Below, piece after piece: positions 50,801 through 64,000 of a DNA stretch of 64,000 nucleotides. The notes under the pieces were generated by a model. The model had not been told where the DNA came from, searched no databases, and saw nothing but the letters and a program-made list of their open reading frames with translations. This stretch comes from Balanoglossus misakiensis (lineage: Eukaryota > Animalia > Hemichordata): the NCBI GenBank assembly GCA_040954595.2, contig CM082593.2, positions 11,793,477-11,857,476 on the forward strand, written 5' to 3'. The first letter of the stretch is position 1. Each line of letters starts with the position of its first letter. The position numbers were made by a program, and so were the translations under genes.

Positions 50801-53800
50801 TGTGCAGATGTGTTCCATAAATGATTGCTGCGTTCAACCACGTTGCAGTTTTCTCGTCTTCTGCGAGATGTTCTAAGGTGTTTGTGATAACTTCACGCAA
50901 AACGCGAGACTTTGCGTTAGTTTATACACAGTTTATTTGCAAATTGGATTATTGGGATTTACCTGGAAATAATGTATGCAAAAGAACATCATTTCAAGAA
51001 AAAACTGGAGTTGCGCGTCCTTCTTTCTCTAGGGTCCATGGTCAAACAAGTGAGTATATACTTTCAAGACACCCTGCAAACAAACAAGCAATCTTTATTC
51101 CGTAGATCTTTAAGCATATTTATGCATTGTATATTTTGATGTGAAACTTCAAATTTTATTGGTCTTGTTGCCAAACTTCTGAAGAAATGAGGATATTGTT
51201 TTGAAGGGTATTTTATCAGTAGATAACAAATACCATGGCCCTCCATGCAAATACCCACATGGTAAATTAAAACTGTTACAGGTGTATTTGATTTAAGCAA
51301 TAAAACACCCCCAGCCATGGTATACCACGAGATTTTGACCAGTTCACGACATATACGCACGAGCGATAGCGAGTGCGTATATGGAGTTGAACTGGTCAAA
51401 ATTGAGTGGTATACCATGGCTGGGGGTGTTTTATTGCTATTATATTATGCCAGTATATTGAAACTTTGCATAAAACATTTTAAAAAGGCATTTTCTTTGA
51501 CTATGATATATGACTGTGGTATATGGCTAATATATCACGGTCACGTGTCGTGTCTCGACCAATCAAATAGCGTGATTTACACCATCAATATACTGGTATA
51601 ATATAATTCCACATATGGATTACATGTGGGATAATATTGGGTGCTGGCAGTTTCAGTAAATGAACTGCTCTTAAAAGTTGGGTGTCAGGGCACCCTTGAC
51701 TTCTTATTGTTCAGTTATACATTTAGGAGGCTCAGTTATAGGAGAACCCGATAGAACCACAGCTGTAGGAATTAGGGAAATGGTCATACCCTAAAAAACT
51801 TATGTCACTACTATTTTTTTTTCATGCCATTGAAACAGAACAAACTCCATGTAGGCCAAGTCCATGCCTGAACAATGGGCGGTGTACTCAGCTGTCTTGT
51901 ACAACTTATGAGTGTACTTGTCCAGGATGTTTCACCGGCACACACTGCAGCCAGTGTAAAACTCATTAAAACAAACATTTGTCATGCAGGAACTAACATT
52001 TACAATCATGTCTCAATACATTGTCTGTTGGTCATACTTTATATTTTCATCTTCAGCATCACACCTTGGTCCTTGGGAATCGGTCACCTCAAAAATGATG
52101 TACAGCTGAAAGAAAACATGTTTATTTGAAGAAAAAACTGTTGATCGTTCATGAAAATTTTCCCTACACAAGATACATATACAGAGATTTTCATAGCCCC
52201 ATAAGTGCGTCCCAGAATGAGCAAGTTGTTTTTGGAAGTGAAGTTCCGTTCAGTATTTACAGTAATGGTAATGATGATGTTTTCATCAAACAGATTTTGA
52301 AAGTAAATATTGCTGAGATAACATTAGGTTGCACTTTTTATTGCAGTCCAAGATCCAGGCCAGCGAAACAGCTGTCTCAACGGGGCTGTATGTAATGCAG
52401 TGGCCAACTCCTGCACGGCATATACCTGTGCCTGTACTGGTTGCTATGAGGGTAACCGTTGTGAAATATGTAAGTTTCTGACGTACCGTAAATGACAATC
52501 TTTTGGGCACTTTCTCTTCATGGCAATTGAATTGTGTGGTAACTTCTCATTTCTAAAATTTCCCCAAGAGAAAAGAAAGGAAAAGGAAACAGAAATTTCA
52601 TTTGTATGTCCGTGCAATTTAGGATAGGCACGAACTTGTGAGGAAGTGTACGAAGTTGGATGTTTTCATCACTCAAATATACAAGAGTTGCCTCTTGAAG
52701 ACTAGTGTCTGTAGAGATAATTGTGCATGTGAGGTAATCTCTCCTAAGGTGGTGCACACCTCTGAGTATTAAGTAAAAGAGACGTCCTTAATTATCCTTA
52801 CTATTTGGCTTGAAAAATCAATCTTACTAGGTGTTCTGATTAGAGAGGTGTCCATAAAGACAGGTTTTACTGTATTACCCAAAATAGAGACATTGTCCCT
52901 TCATCATATACTTAATGCGTGTTCTGGGTATGGTTCCAGTATAATGCTTGTGTCAAAGGATTTTGTTGTGGTGCAGGAATCATCTTTGGTTGAGGTGTAG
53001 CCATCTGCATTTCATGTGTTTTAAACTATTTTTTTTTCTGATTGTCATTAACCCATGTGATCAGAATCCGTGTCAAAATGGAGGCTATTGTTCCAAAACA
53101 CCAAATTCTTATACTGACTACACCTGTTACTGCCAGTAGTGTTGGACTGGGGCCATCTGTGCCGTAGGTGTGTCGAATTACTGTTTTATGACACAGCGTG
53201 GTATATAAACCCTCATTTTTGGTATTCTCAATGTGATAGATGGACCCATACACCAATAAATGGGGTGGAAGCATTACTAAGTTTCATCCTTTCAAAATTT
53301 GCTGATGTAGGGTCAAAATTGAGTGTGAGGTGCATGTTAAAAAGGAAAGCCTTCTGTATCATGTTGATGGCACATTTTTTTAATTTTTCAAGATTCTTAC
53401 AGAAAAATCCTAGCAATAGCATCATTATGTTATTTTAAATGTAAAGGTTTGAAACAAGGAATGAAGACATTGCTCACATATTTAAACGAAATGAACATCA
53501 CAAGTACATGTACAAGTTTTTGACAAGCAGGTAATTGATACTTTCATTTTTGTTTTGGCAGCCATTGATCAGTTATACCCTATGCCTTGTCAAAATGGTG
53601 GCACATGCGTTGCGTGAGACGGCTGTTTCCTGTTTGACTGTATGTGTACCGAATGCTTCACTGGTGCCACATGTACAATGCGTAAGTACTAACCAATATT
53701 ATTTTATTCAATGCAAAACACTTGTTATATATTATATAATATAAGTACGGTACACATATTAAAGCCCTGGTAACTCAAACTTTGGGCTAGCTTAATGTTA

Positions 53801-56800
53801 TCACTATTTTTGTTTTCGGTTGCAACTGTGGTTTCTTGTCACACTCTAAAGGATTTCACAGCATTTGGTTTTTCAAAACAGCCCTTTGGTTGTTGTCATG
53901 TATACATGTACATGACTGTGGAGTGTAGTTTGTAGATTCTGTAATTTTGACAATATCTTGACTGCACATCCCACAGCTGTCAACCAGTGTCAACCCATCC
54001 AGTGTCGGAATGGTGGAAACTGTGTGCTGACGCCCAATTGGTGTACTGAATTCACATGCTCCTGTACAAGCTGTTACTCCGGCGATTTATGTCAGACATG
54101 TGAGTGATTTTAAATTTCAGATGAAGAGGAACATAATAACATAACACATAATCGGCTTGCAGTTGGTTTCTTCCAACCTGTATCAAACAGTGAATAACGA
54201 CACAATTTTGGGGAAATTTATTAAGAATGTGTGTGCCATAAAAGGGGATTGTGTATTTGACCAAATAACAACCTGCACCGTATGGTACACTAAGACACTA
54301 TTACACCTGTGTCAAAATTTCATTACGTTTCTTTTGTTGAACATGGAAGAAATTTGTCACAGTGATGTTCTGTTGACCAACTGAGATTTTTACCACTCAA
54401 CCCTGACTGCACAAATCTGTTTAAAGTATATGTAGTAAATATTAACTGTACACAATTTATATCACTTTCTCTTCTGTGCACAGATTTGAATCCGTGTCAG
54501 CCCAACCCTTGTCTAAACAGTGGATTCTGCCAGCAAGTGTCCTGCACCGAGTTCAGATGCCAGAGTCCACGCTGTTTCATCGGAACCACGTGCGCTGAAC
54601 GTAAGCAAACCAGTGTCAGATTTCCCGCACAAAGTAGAAATCGCTGGGCTTTGTCATTGATATTGTCTCAATAAAGTTGCCTGTGATTGTGCAGCTAACC
54701 AAGAGACTTATATGCACTACGGTAGCCATGATGAATACTTTCATTGACTCAAATGCTCATCAGTGTAGATGTTGCTATTTTTCCAACCGTAAATTGAAAC
54801 ATCAGAAAGTTATGACATCAACTACCCCCACCCCCACCCCACCCACCCCCAACTAGTAAATATTATAAGATTCAGTAATTATGATAAAGATGGTAGCACC
54901 AAGCTTGGATCAAGTGGTCTTCATTATCCTTCACACATGAACATGATCACACGGATGTGCAATCTTCTGACAGTCTGCTACAGATTTCACTTCCCACTCA
55001 AGTGTGTAAGACCCTAATGTGATACTTTTCATTTCTCTCACCCTTAGCGATCAACCAGTGTCTTCTAAACCCATGTCTGAATAACGGAGTGTATCAGCCA
55101 CTTCAAGGCTCCTGCTCAATCTACACCTGCAACTGTCCAACCTGCTACACTGGGCAAACATGTGTTACATGTAAGTCACAAGTTTTTAGGTCCCATTGGT
55201 ATGTACCATGGGAACTTATGGGATTGGTTACGTCTGTATGTATGGATGGATGGATGGATGTATGTCTGTATGTCCGTCCACATGAAAAACTTGAAAACCA
55301 CAGCGCGTATGACCTCGATATTTGGCGTGTAGATGCAGGCAGGGCTGTAGATGGGAGTTTGTTCAAATGAAGATGTCATTGCCAAAAATATGCAAATTAG
55401 CTGGGAAAATGTGAAATTGGTCAAAACTCAAAAACTGGACAACCACTGGTCATATTGATTTGAAAAATGGTATGCATGTACCTTATATCAACCTCATACA
55501 ACCCTGTATGTTTTGAGCTAATATTATCGATTTCCTATTTTTTTTGCATTTTTTTTTATTTTTCCATGTTATTGGTAAAAGTCTTTGAAATTTAGTATGA
55601 AGCCTCCTAATGTTGTCTAAGTAACCATAGTTTTGTTCAAATTGTTGCAAAATTTGCATATCTATAATTTTGAGCATTATTTGCCATTTTTGGTCAAAAA
55701 ATGTTTTTCTTTAAAACCTCATGCCAGATTGCTTTGCAATTTGGTAGGCATGTTCGTAGGGGTAACCTAAATAATATGTTGTAAAAAATGTGATATTTGC
55801 ATAAATGTGTTATCGGGGAAACTTTTGCAATTTTTGTCAAAAATTGTTTTCACTGAAACCGCTTGTCCTATTGCATTGAACTTAGGCAGCATGTTCCTTG
55901 TAGTGATTGAAGTAAGATATTGTACAATTTTGGTGATATTTGCATATTTGTGTTTTTGCCACTTTTGAACAAATATTTTCTGTGAAACTGCTTGTTGGAT
56001 TGCTTTGAAATTAGTTTTTTCTCTGATTGCTTTGAAATTTAGGATATAATTTCATAACACATACCTGTATATGTGCAACTTTTATTCAATTCTGAGATCA
56101 GAAAGATTAAATATTTAGCGAGTTTTTTTGGTAAGTTTCTTTGTTTTTGGGTAGCAAATCTTCTCCTAAACAAATTGTCCAGTTGTTTTTAAAGTTACTA
56201 TTTACAAGGAGTTGTTACCTCGAACAAAGACATGTTTACATAACTTAAATAGGCCAGCTGTTACAGAGACCACCAGCTATCACATTTTAATTACCAGTGG
56301 CAGGTCAGTGTGTGTCTGTTCCAGGGCTGACTGAAAGAAGTTGCTTCGCATATGTGTTTGTGTACAGACAATTTTTGGTCAATTTTTTTTTCTAGCACCA
56401 CTTGTAAGACTGCCATGACACATGACAGTTTATTGGGCATGTTCCTTGTTAATGTTTTTACATTGCATATTTCTATATGGTCAGATCATAAGTGCTTGCA
56501 AATGTCACCTGTAATTTTTATTCTGCTGTGTCACTGTTTCCGCATAATCCTCAAATGTCATCAGATCTCCGAATGTGATGAAAACAGTGTGTTTTGAGTG
56601 GGTTTTTTTAATGACCTTTTGGGTTAAAAGTGGCAAAAATGGCAATTTTGTCTTCAAAGGGGTCAATAAGACTGACTTTTTTGGAATCAGCACCATTTTT
56701 TACATTGAATGGACTAGTCTGCTCAAACTTTCCTTACCAAAAATTCTGTTTAATCTTCTGTAACATGTATACTAGTGTACATGTAGCTGCCTGATAGTTT

Positions 56801-57225
56801 GCCCTGTGTGTGTAATTGCTGAGTGACATAACGCATTCTGTGATTGATGCTGTCACGTAACCACCAATCGAACGATTGTTATAAGGAGAACTGCACGACC
56901 TTTAACCGCATTAGCATACCTGATTTTTAGGGCTCGATATTACCTCTGAGGACGCAATATTTAAGTTGAAGTTTTTTTATTTTATCATATTAGAGCAAGA
57001 AGACTTGTCTTTTATGTAAAAGAAATAGACCCTAATATACAGAGTGCATTTTGAAACGATAGGCAGTTCCGGCCCATAGCCTAATTCTTCATTTTTCTGT
57101 CATGCGTAGGAATTGATTAGTGCTAACAACCCATGTCAAAATGGCAGCACTTGCCAACCCTAACCTCGTGTGTGGCATTGACGTGCACCTGCCAAGGATG
57201 CTTTACTGGGAGCGCTGTGAAAATT
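47862..57225 (+). pseudogene. 8-Cys EGF exons 1-12, unit 2
   Basis: 47862-47991, 48222-48344, 49131-49253, 49808-49922, 51839-51955, 52347-52469, 53045-53167, 53562-53681, 53977-54099, 54484-54600, 55048-55170, 57110-57225; same stops and frameshifts as unit 1. Confidence 0.8.
49923..51040. mobile_element. P-like element, short form (1118 bp, about 1.5 copies of the 534-bp unit)
   Basis: Same TIRs and GTCAAAC TSD as 26781-33238. Confidence 0.8.
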
Positions 57226-59014
57226 GTCAGTCAGTTTCTTTTGTCAAATTAATCAATATGTGTGGGACTGCTATACATGTATATAAAACAGAATACTGCG
57301 ATGGAAAATTCTATAACTTAATGTTTCAGTGGATATATGACTTAAAGTTAGCAGTATGCAGTGAATTCAACAGAAAGTGTAATTTCCTCTTGTGTGAGCT
57401 CTGTGCGACTGTGCCAATGAAAATCTCACCACAAACAAAAATGACAGGTATACACTGTATATTAGCAGCTTTGTCTCTGTAATAGCCATAGTGTTTTGAA
57501 GTTGAAAACTTGCAAAGTGTGCAGTTTTATTCACACTACAAAGGAAACATTGTTGAAACGGATTATCTGTGTACATTGTCAAACTGTACACTTGTCGCGA
57601 GATTTATTCTCAATTATATTACTAGTATATCATGCTACCGTCTGCAACTCTGATTGGACGAGAGCTAAATCCAGCGATGCTAAAATACTCAATAATGCAC
57701 TGCTGGCAGTGGTAAAACGGGCTTTCTGTTTGCCACATGGGTTTGTTCTTTAGGTTGTTGTATGTGTTTACACCCATCATGTTTATTGTAGAACCAGGGT
57801 CGATCAGTGAGGCAACTGCTGTTTGTTCTATCTGCACTGTTACTCGAGGCCTCCTGCCATTTGATTGTTGTACAGTGAAGCAGTATTCATCTCCCGAGCT
57901 GTCTTCCACTTTATGCACAGCTTTGACAGTTTTATCCTTGTCTACCCTATTTGCCTTGCCTTTTGAATGGTAGCATTTGGCTAAATGGTTAGGTTTGCCA
58001 CACTTCCTGCATGACTTGCCTTTAGCTGGACATACTGAGTCATGTGGTACCATTATTAAAATAGGGGCCAGTCATCAAAACGTAAGTGAGCCAAAAAACT
58101 ACAGGTCAGATAAATTGTTTTCTCGTAAATTCAACATTAGAATCAAATTTGGCGTTGGAAACAAACGGCGGGTCGCCAGTTCCTGGTCTGGAGGCTGGTA
58201 GAGTCACGTCTTGAAGACTGGCCCCTATTTTAATAATGGCATTGTCATGACCGGCCAACCTTTGACCTCGGAGACCACAATGTAGAGCTATCGATCAGCT
58301 TTTCGCGTTTCAATCAAACATTGCAATCACGGGCTAAAATCACTAACTAGTTGATACCTTTTTCGGTGTTTCATCTAACCTTTGAAAGGAGTATAATAAA
58401 AATGAAATGACCGCACGTAATGTGCATTTCTTGTTCACGTGTGGGGACTATATGTGTGCGTAATGATCCAAATGCAAGGGGTCGTGTGAACAGGCCTTAA
58501 ATAATGAGTTTGCGTTAAATAATGAGTTTGCGTTAAATAATAAGTTGACAAACGGCGCGAGTGCATTTTTTCATGGTTTAGAAATCACTTATTTATATAT
58601 AATTCATTATATAATGTAAATCACTCATGATATATATATAATAGACTTGCACTTAAATTATTTATAAATCACTCATGATATATATATAATACACTTAAAT
58701 TTTTTTTATTTATAAATAATTAATTATATATAAATAATTATGTACATCACTCATGATATATATATAATAGACTGACACTGACATTGTTTATAAATAATTT
58801 ATTATATATAAATAAAAGAGCATAAAATACATTTTATGTATATAATTGAATCGACTTGAAATTATTTATAAATAAATTGTCAGGACTTAAATGGTTTGCA
58901 AATCTATAATTACATACATATAAGTATGTTAAATAACGACTTTTGAACAAATAATTTAGCTAAATAATAAGTTAACACATGGCACCCCATACAAACATTA
59001 CGTCCAGTCCAAAT

Positions 59015-59794
59015 ATTCTGCCAATTTTACATCCAATGCATTCAAATAGTGGACTGCTTCGCTTTCATCAAGTTTTCATGTGCATCGTATAAGTAGACTT
59101 TTGTTTTGTCCCGTCTTTTCACCGAATTTGCTCTTTTCCAAATCTCCGACACAGACTATGATCGTCACATTCTTGTCTGTTGTTAGAACAGCACACTGCC
59201 ATATGGCATTGACTGTATACAGTTTCTGTTACCAATATCTCTGGTTTGGCATTTTCCTGTCCTCAATCTTTTGCCAGGGATTTTTGTGTCCCCAACCCGC
59301 GTGAGAATCCCACGTCTTTGAAGGTATGACTGTGACTATAAGATTCTATAAATCTCTGTTTATTTTCAGCACAAACATCATGTGCTGATTGCCCAGCTGG
59401 TAACATTCTGCCAATTTTACATCCAATGCATTCAAATAGTGGACTGCTTCGCTTTCATCAAGTTTTCATGTGCATCGTATAAGTAGACTTTTGTTTTGTC
59501 CCGTCTTTTCACCGAATTTGCTCTTTTCCAAATCTCCGACACAGACTATGATCGTCACATTCTTGTCTGTTGTTAGAACAGCACACTGCCATATGGCATT
59601 GACTGTATACAGTTTCTGTTACCAATATCTCTGGTTTGGCATTTTCCTGTCCTCAATCTTTTGCCAGGGATTTTTGTGTCCCCAACCCGCGTGAGAATCC
59701 CACGTCTTTGAAGGTATGACTGTGACTATAAGATTCTATAAATCTCTGTTTATTTTCAGCACAAACATCATGTGCTGATTGCCCAGCTGGTAAC
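59015..59794 (+). repeat. 390-bp direct tandem duplication
   Basis: 59015-59404 matches 59405-59794 (ORFs at 59080 and 59470). Confidence 0.9.
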
Positions 59795-60385
59795 CAATGT
59801 CCAAATGGTAACACTGTGATTTTATGCTCGGCTGGTTATTACAGTTCGGCCTTGGACAAAGGATGTCTCGCTGTACCTCTTGCATAACAGGTAAACTTCT
59901 ACCCACCAACCTTTATTTCCAACATCAAACATTAGGTCAGGTAATTTACTAACTGAAAAATAGGATGGGAACATTTTCCATTTCTGTATTTAAAATTTAC
60001 TGATATAATATATGAATGAAAAAATGACAATTTTTCCAAATTTGAATAGACCTCTATTTATGAAAATAATTAAAATTTGCACCAATTTTTTACAGTGGTA
60101 TTCAAAGGTTAACTTGGTGTGTAAATTCTTTGTTTGATTTACAGATCAGCCGGTGCTGAACAGTGTACTATTTGTGAGCAAGGGTACGCCTGCACAGATC
60201 CCAGTGCATCGCAATTCAAGTGTACCAAGGGTTACGTGTCATTGGCTGGTGCAACAAACTGTACCAGATGTACAAATGGTAAGATTGTGGTACTTGTTCA
60301 GTTTGCTGTGTGATGAAACTGAGTGGTATGTGTGTATGCATGTATGTGTTTACAACAGATTTTCAAGTCAGTGCGACTGGGGTTA

Positions 60386-60417
<32 letters not shown>

Positions 60418-60859
60418 TACAACAGATTATCAACTCAGTGCGAAATCTTGCGAGACCCGGTTAGCCATGTGAGATCTCGCAGAGTCTTATGATATTCAGA
60501 AAATGGTTGATTAGAAATGACGTTTAATGTCCTCCAAAGAATTTTCTACATGCCCGTATACTTGTCTCAGAATTATGAAGTGAATCATCTCAAGTAATTT
60601 GTTATTTTAAATGACACTGTATCACAAATACTTCACTAAAAACCTCATTTTCTTTAATCAGATGAAATAAGTGAGGAGCCTGCACGCACATCCCGTCTTC
60701 TGTGCCCTGCTGGACAATCGTGTTCAGATCCAATGTAAGATCCGCTTGACTGTGGCAATGGTGAATATGCTATGGAAGGCGACGGCACATGCACGCCTTG
60801 TCCAGCAGGATCCAAGTGTCCAACCATGTCACCCGTAGTTGATTGTTCAACAGTTACTG
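59760..60859 (+). pseudogene. GCC2/GCC3 pseudo-exons a-c, unit 3 (exon d deleted)
   Basis: 59760-59890, 60145-60278, 60662-60859. Confidence 0.75.
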
Positions 60860-62492
60860 GTAAGTTGGGCTGCAAATTACTCTTATGACTTCCCTGTGTT
60901 ATAGCATGACATACACAGAAAATTAAACTGTTATGCTCATTGGAGTTGATATTGTGATGCACTTTGAAAAACACAATGATTCCACTGAAGAGGTATTGTA
61001 CAGTAACACCTGTGATTACGGACATCTCTCTAATAAGGGATCGTTGGACCAAACCAATCGTTCTTTGAATTTTTTCTGTGATAGGTTCATACTCGCTAGG
61101 TTCGGCCAAGTCCTTCTGGTTATGAATGCACAACTACAAATGTCACACAGTGCGCTACAGGGAAGTAAAGTGTTGAAGGAGGTAAGTCTTGAAATCTCTT
61201 TTCTTCTGGTCTCGATTTGAACATGGTTCCACAAGTTGTTTACATCACTTGTAGTTTTACATATTTTTTTAGTTCAACAGCTATGCTATACATGGTGTCC
61301 TGAGAAGTCGACCAGTATGAGAAGTCGGTATCGGCCAGTACGAGAAGTCGGCCTGTGGGAGAGAACCCTGGTACTTTGTGTTATATATAACTGTTTCACT
61401 ACGAAATGTTTCCTTGATGTACAGGAGCTGAGATATTTGTACAAATAGCCGATGAATTTTAAAACTGTCTGTTCACTTTTCATGTACGTCACCGGGGTAC
61501 GTCAACATCAGTCACCTGCACTTCTTGAGCTGCGCCAGTAGTCTGTTCCTTGTCACGTTTGTTTGTTTGTTTGTTTGGTGTTGTCTCAGAAAGTATGAAT
61601 ATACACATACATCTTCTATGTATTTTAGTAGGCTTTGAAACAACTCCCTTTAATCAGAAATGTCACAGGAATTTGGCGAACAACCTAAGCTCCTTACGCG
61701 GATACGGGGCTGGGGAACTGGTACGGATGCCAGACGCCATTATTTGAAATGACGCCATTGTGTTGTCAAGAATTTGGGAAATCCGTCCAAATGAAAATAT
61801 TTAGTGCAATTATATTTTATTAAGTGTTGTTATAAGTAATCTGGGTCATCACTGCACTATTCGGGTACCAGGCTCGTAGATTTTTGTAAAATGGCCTCAA
61901 AAATAAGAATTTTGGAAGGTTTGTCATATTTTTTCACCATTGTAGAATCTAAATGTTCTGAATTATTTTATTTTTAGCAATTTTGAGATTGCTTCATGTT
62001 CAGTATGATAATCGCATGTCAATACAACTGTTACATTAAAGGAAAAGTTCAAATCCGCCTAAAACCACATTGCATTGGTACCTAGTTAAGTTGTCCTCAC
62101 TTCTGACGCAAAATTTTGATGTGCAATGCACGTGTCTGTGAAATTGACGAATAAAAAAATTGTATACCAGTGCAAAATTAAAAACTCCCTGTGCAGCCTT
62201 CTTGGCAACTGCATGCTGGGAAAAGTACTCGGATGATGACGAAAAAGTTTCGGGGTTCCGGGTAGTGCTACCCCGGAATACAATGTTGGGTGCGGACTCC
62301 AACTATGGAAAAGAGATGCAGAATGTCATGTGATATAGTAGTGAAAACAAATACACGTTGGTTCACGTATTTCAGCTCTCAGCAATCAGGGTGCATTAAA
62401 AGGCCTTGATTGGTGTGATATTCACAATTGATGATTATAAATACTTACAGTTGTATACTGTTTTATTTTGTAAATATTGTGTACATTTGCAG

Positions 62493-62974
62493 CAATGAAT
62501 CCGTGCGAACACAAACCTTAACCCATGCCGGAATGCTGGTACTTGCCAAGCAATCCAGGGATCTTGTACAGGCGTCACATGTCTATGTGCTGGCTGCTAC
62601 CTGGGCTTCACATGTGAAACACGTGAGTACAGTACTTTGTCATTTATTAAAAAATCTAAGTGCTGAGGTACATTGTAGTAATAATAGCAGGTGTAGTCAT
62701 TATCATCATCATCATCATCTTTAAGTCAGTCATATGATCGGTAATAAAAACAGTAAAACACCAGTATAAAAACATAACAGAGAAATAATGAACGTGTACT
62801 GGTGTTACCATAGGTAACTGTTGTATAAAATTTTGAATTCCTGTCTTCCAGTTCCTAATCCATGCTTCACTAGTCCTTGTCTCAATGGAGGTACCTGCCA
62901 ACAACAGGCAAATTCTTGTACTGCCACCATTGGCATGTGCACAGAGTGTTACTAGGGAAACAGGTGTGAGACAA
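62493..62974 (+). pseudogene. EGF exons 1-2, unit 3
   Basis: 62493-62622 and 62852-62974; same frameshift and TAG. Confidence 0.8.
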
Positions 62975-63082
62975 GTAAGTTTGAATCTATAGCAGTTAAT
63001 AATGATAATTATCATTTTTTTTATTATGATTTAAACTTCACTGATGTTGTACAAACACAAAAATAGAAATAATAATAATAAT

Positions 63083-64000
63083 TAAAGCTGCGAGCAGCAT
63101 TGTCGGGCCCAAGCGCTGATCTTGAATTATATATGCACAGTATGAATGAGAAGAAACAGATTTTAATATCGGATGTATTATCTCATGACATAACAGGGAT
63201 GTGTGTATTTTTGCTGCTGAAATAGGGTGAAGTAGGTCAAAGGTCACCTGAGGTCACCCAACATTTGGCCAATTTTTTTTACCCATACTGGTCCATGTCC
63301 AACAAAAACCAAAACTCTAGCTCTATTGGTTCACCTGTAATTAGGTATGTGCATATTAAATGAGGTCAGTAGGTGTCACAGGTGACCCAAAAATTTGGCT
63401 TTACATTTAGCTCCCATCCTGCCAAATGCCAACGCTGTATCTGCTCTGGATGCTGAGATATGCGAAAGTAGGTCAAAGGTCACCAGAGGTCACCCAACAT
63501 TTGGGCAAAAAATTTTGACCCCATACTGGTCCATGTTCAACAAAAACCAAACCTCTAGCTCTATTGGTTCGCCTGTAATTAGCTATGCACATAACTAATG
63601 AGGTCAGCAGAGGTCAAAGGGGTCATGAAAAGTAGCAAATTTTTTTGATCACACACTAATCCACATGCATCAAAAACCAAACGTCTAGCCCTTTAGGTTA
63701 GCCTGGAATTAGATATGCAGAAATAATAATGTGTAAAAAGTAGGTCAAAGGTCATGTGAAAAATCGCCAAAAATTTGTAACATATTGTAGTCATATGACG
63801 ATTGATATCCATACAAAGAATTTGTATGCTATCAATTTTTACGCTAGAAAAAGGAATTTTAATTTTTCACTGCTTTTTACAAAATCCAATATGGCCGCCA
63901 TAATCTTCGACCAATCACAATGCTCTTTGCAAACTTGATAGACATCAGTATAGTGACCATACTCCCCAAATCTTGCGACTCAGTTATCGCCCGTTCTGGA
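63083..64000 (-). mobile_element. HINE-like element (family B), 3' end, inserted in (TAA)n
   Basis: Minus strand ends gcttgggccc..gctgctcgcagc-ttta (subterminal repeat plus stem-loop); body matches 12500-13140. Confidence 0.6.

Larger units (their letters stand above)
44009..58905 (+). repeat. Tandem segmental duplication, unit 2 (14.9 kb)
   Basis: Same ORF series as unit 1, minus 10 satellite units and the foldback insertion. Confidence 0.95.
58906..63082 (+). repeat. Tandem segmental duplication, unit 3 (partial in window)
   Basis: Matches the unit start up to the (TAA)n L2 tail; carries a 390-bp duplication and a 664-bp deletion. Confidence 0.95.

Overview
Eukaryotic, AT-rich and transposon-dense DNA with GT-AG introns. 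The repeat types suggest a marine invertebrate, but that is inference. No intact host gene is visible. The window is a mosaic of decayed gene fragments: (1) three spliced exons of DNA-PKcs (PRKDC) at 454-6338, one with an in-frame TAA; (2) four exons of a GCC2/GCC3 (ephrin-receptor-like Cys-rich) repeat gene; (3) 13 one-domain-per-exon, phase-1 EGF exons with an unusual 8-cysteine pattern. Blocks 2 and 3 form a unit tandemly repeated about 2.3 times (20891-44008, 44009-58905, 58906-63082), with a more diverged partial paralog at 7443-9656. Comparing copies exposes recent events. A P-like non-autonomous element carries an internal 534-bp segment with about 11.5 copies and a 5-mer higher-order repeat in unit 1, against about 1.5 copies in unit 2. 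A 2.9-kb foldback element with inverted 69-bp arrays full of GGAAATTTCC palindromes is present only in unit 1. Unit 3 has a 390-bp duplication and a 664-bp exon-deleting loss. The rest is L2 and CR1-type LINEs, a Mag-like gypsy remnant, Helentron-associated (HINE-like) elements, Crypton-like hairpin elements, MITEs and one 182-aa orphan ORF.
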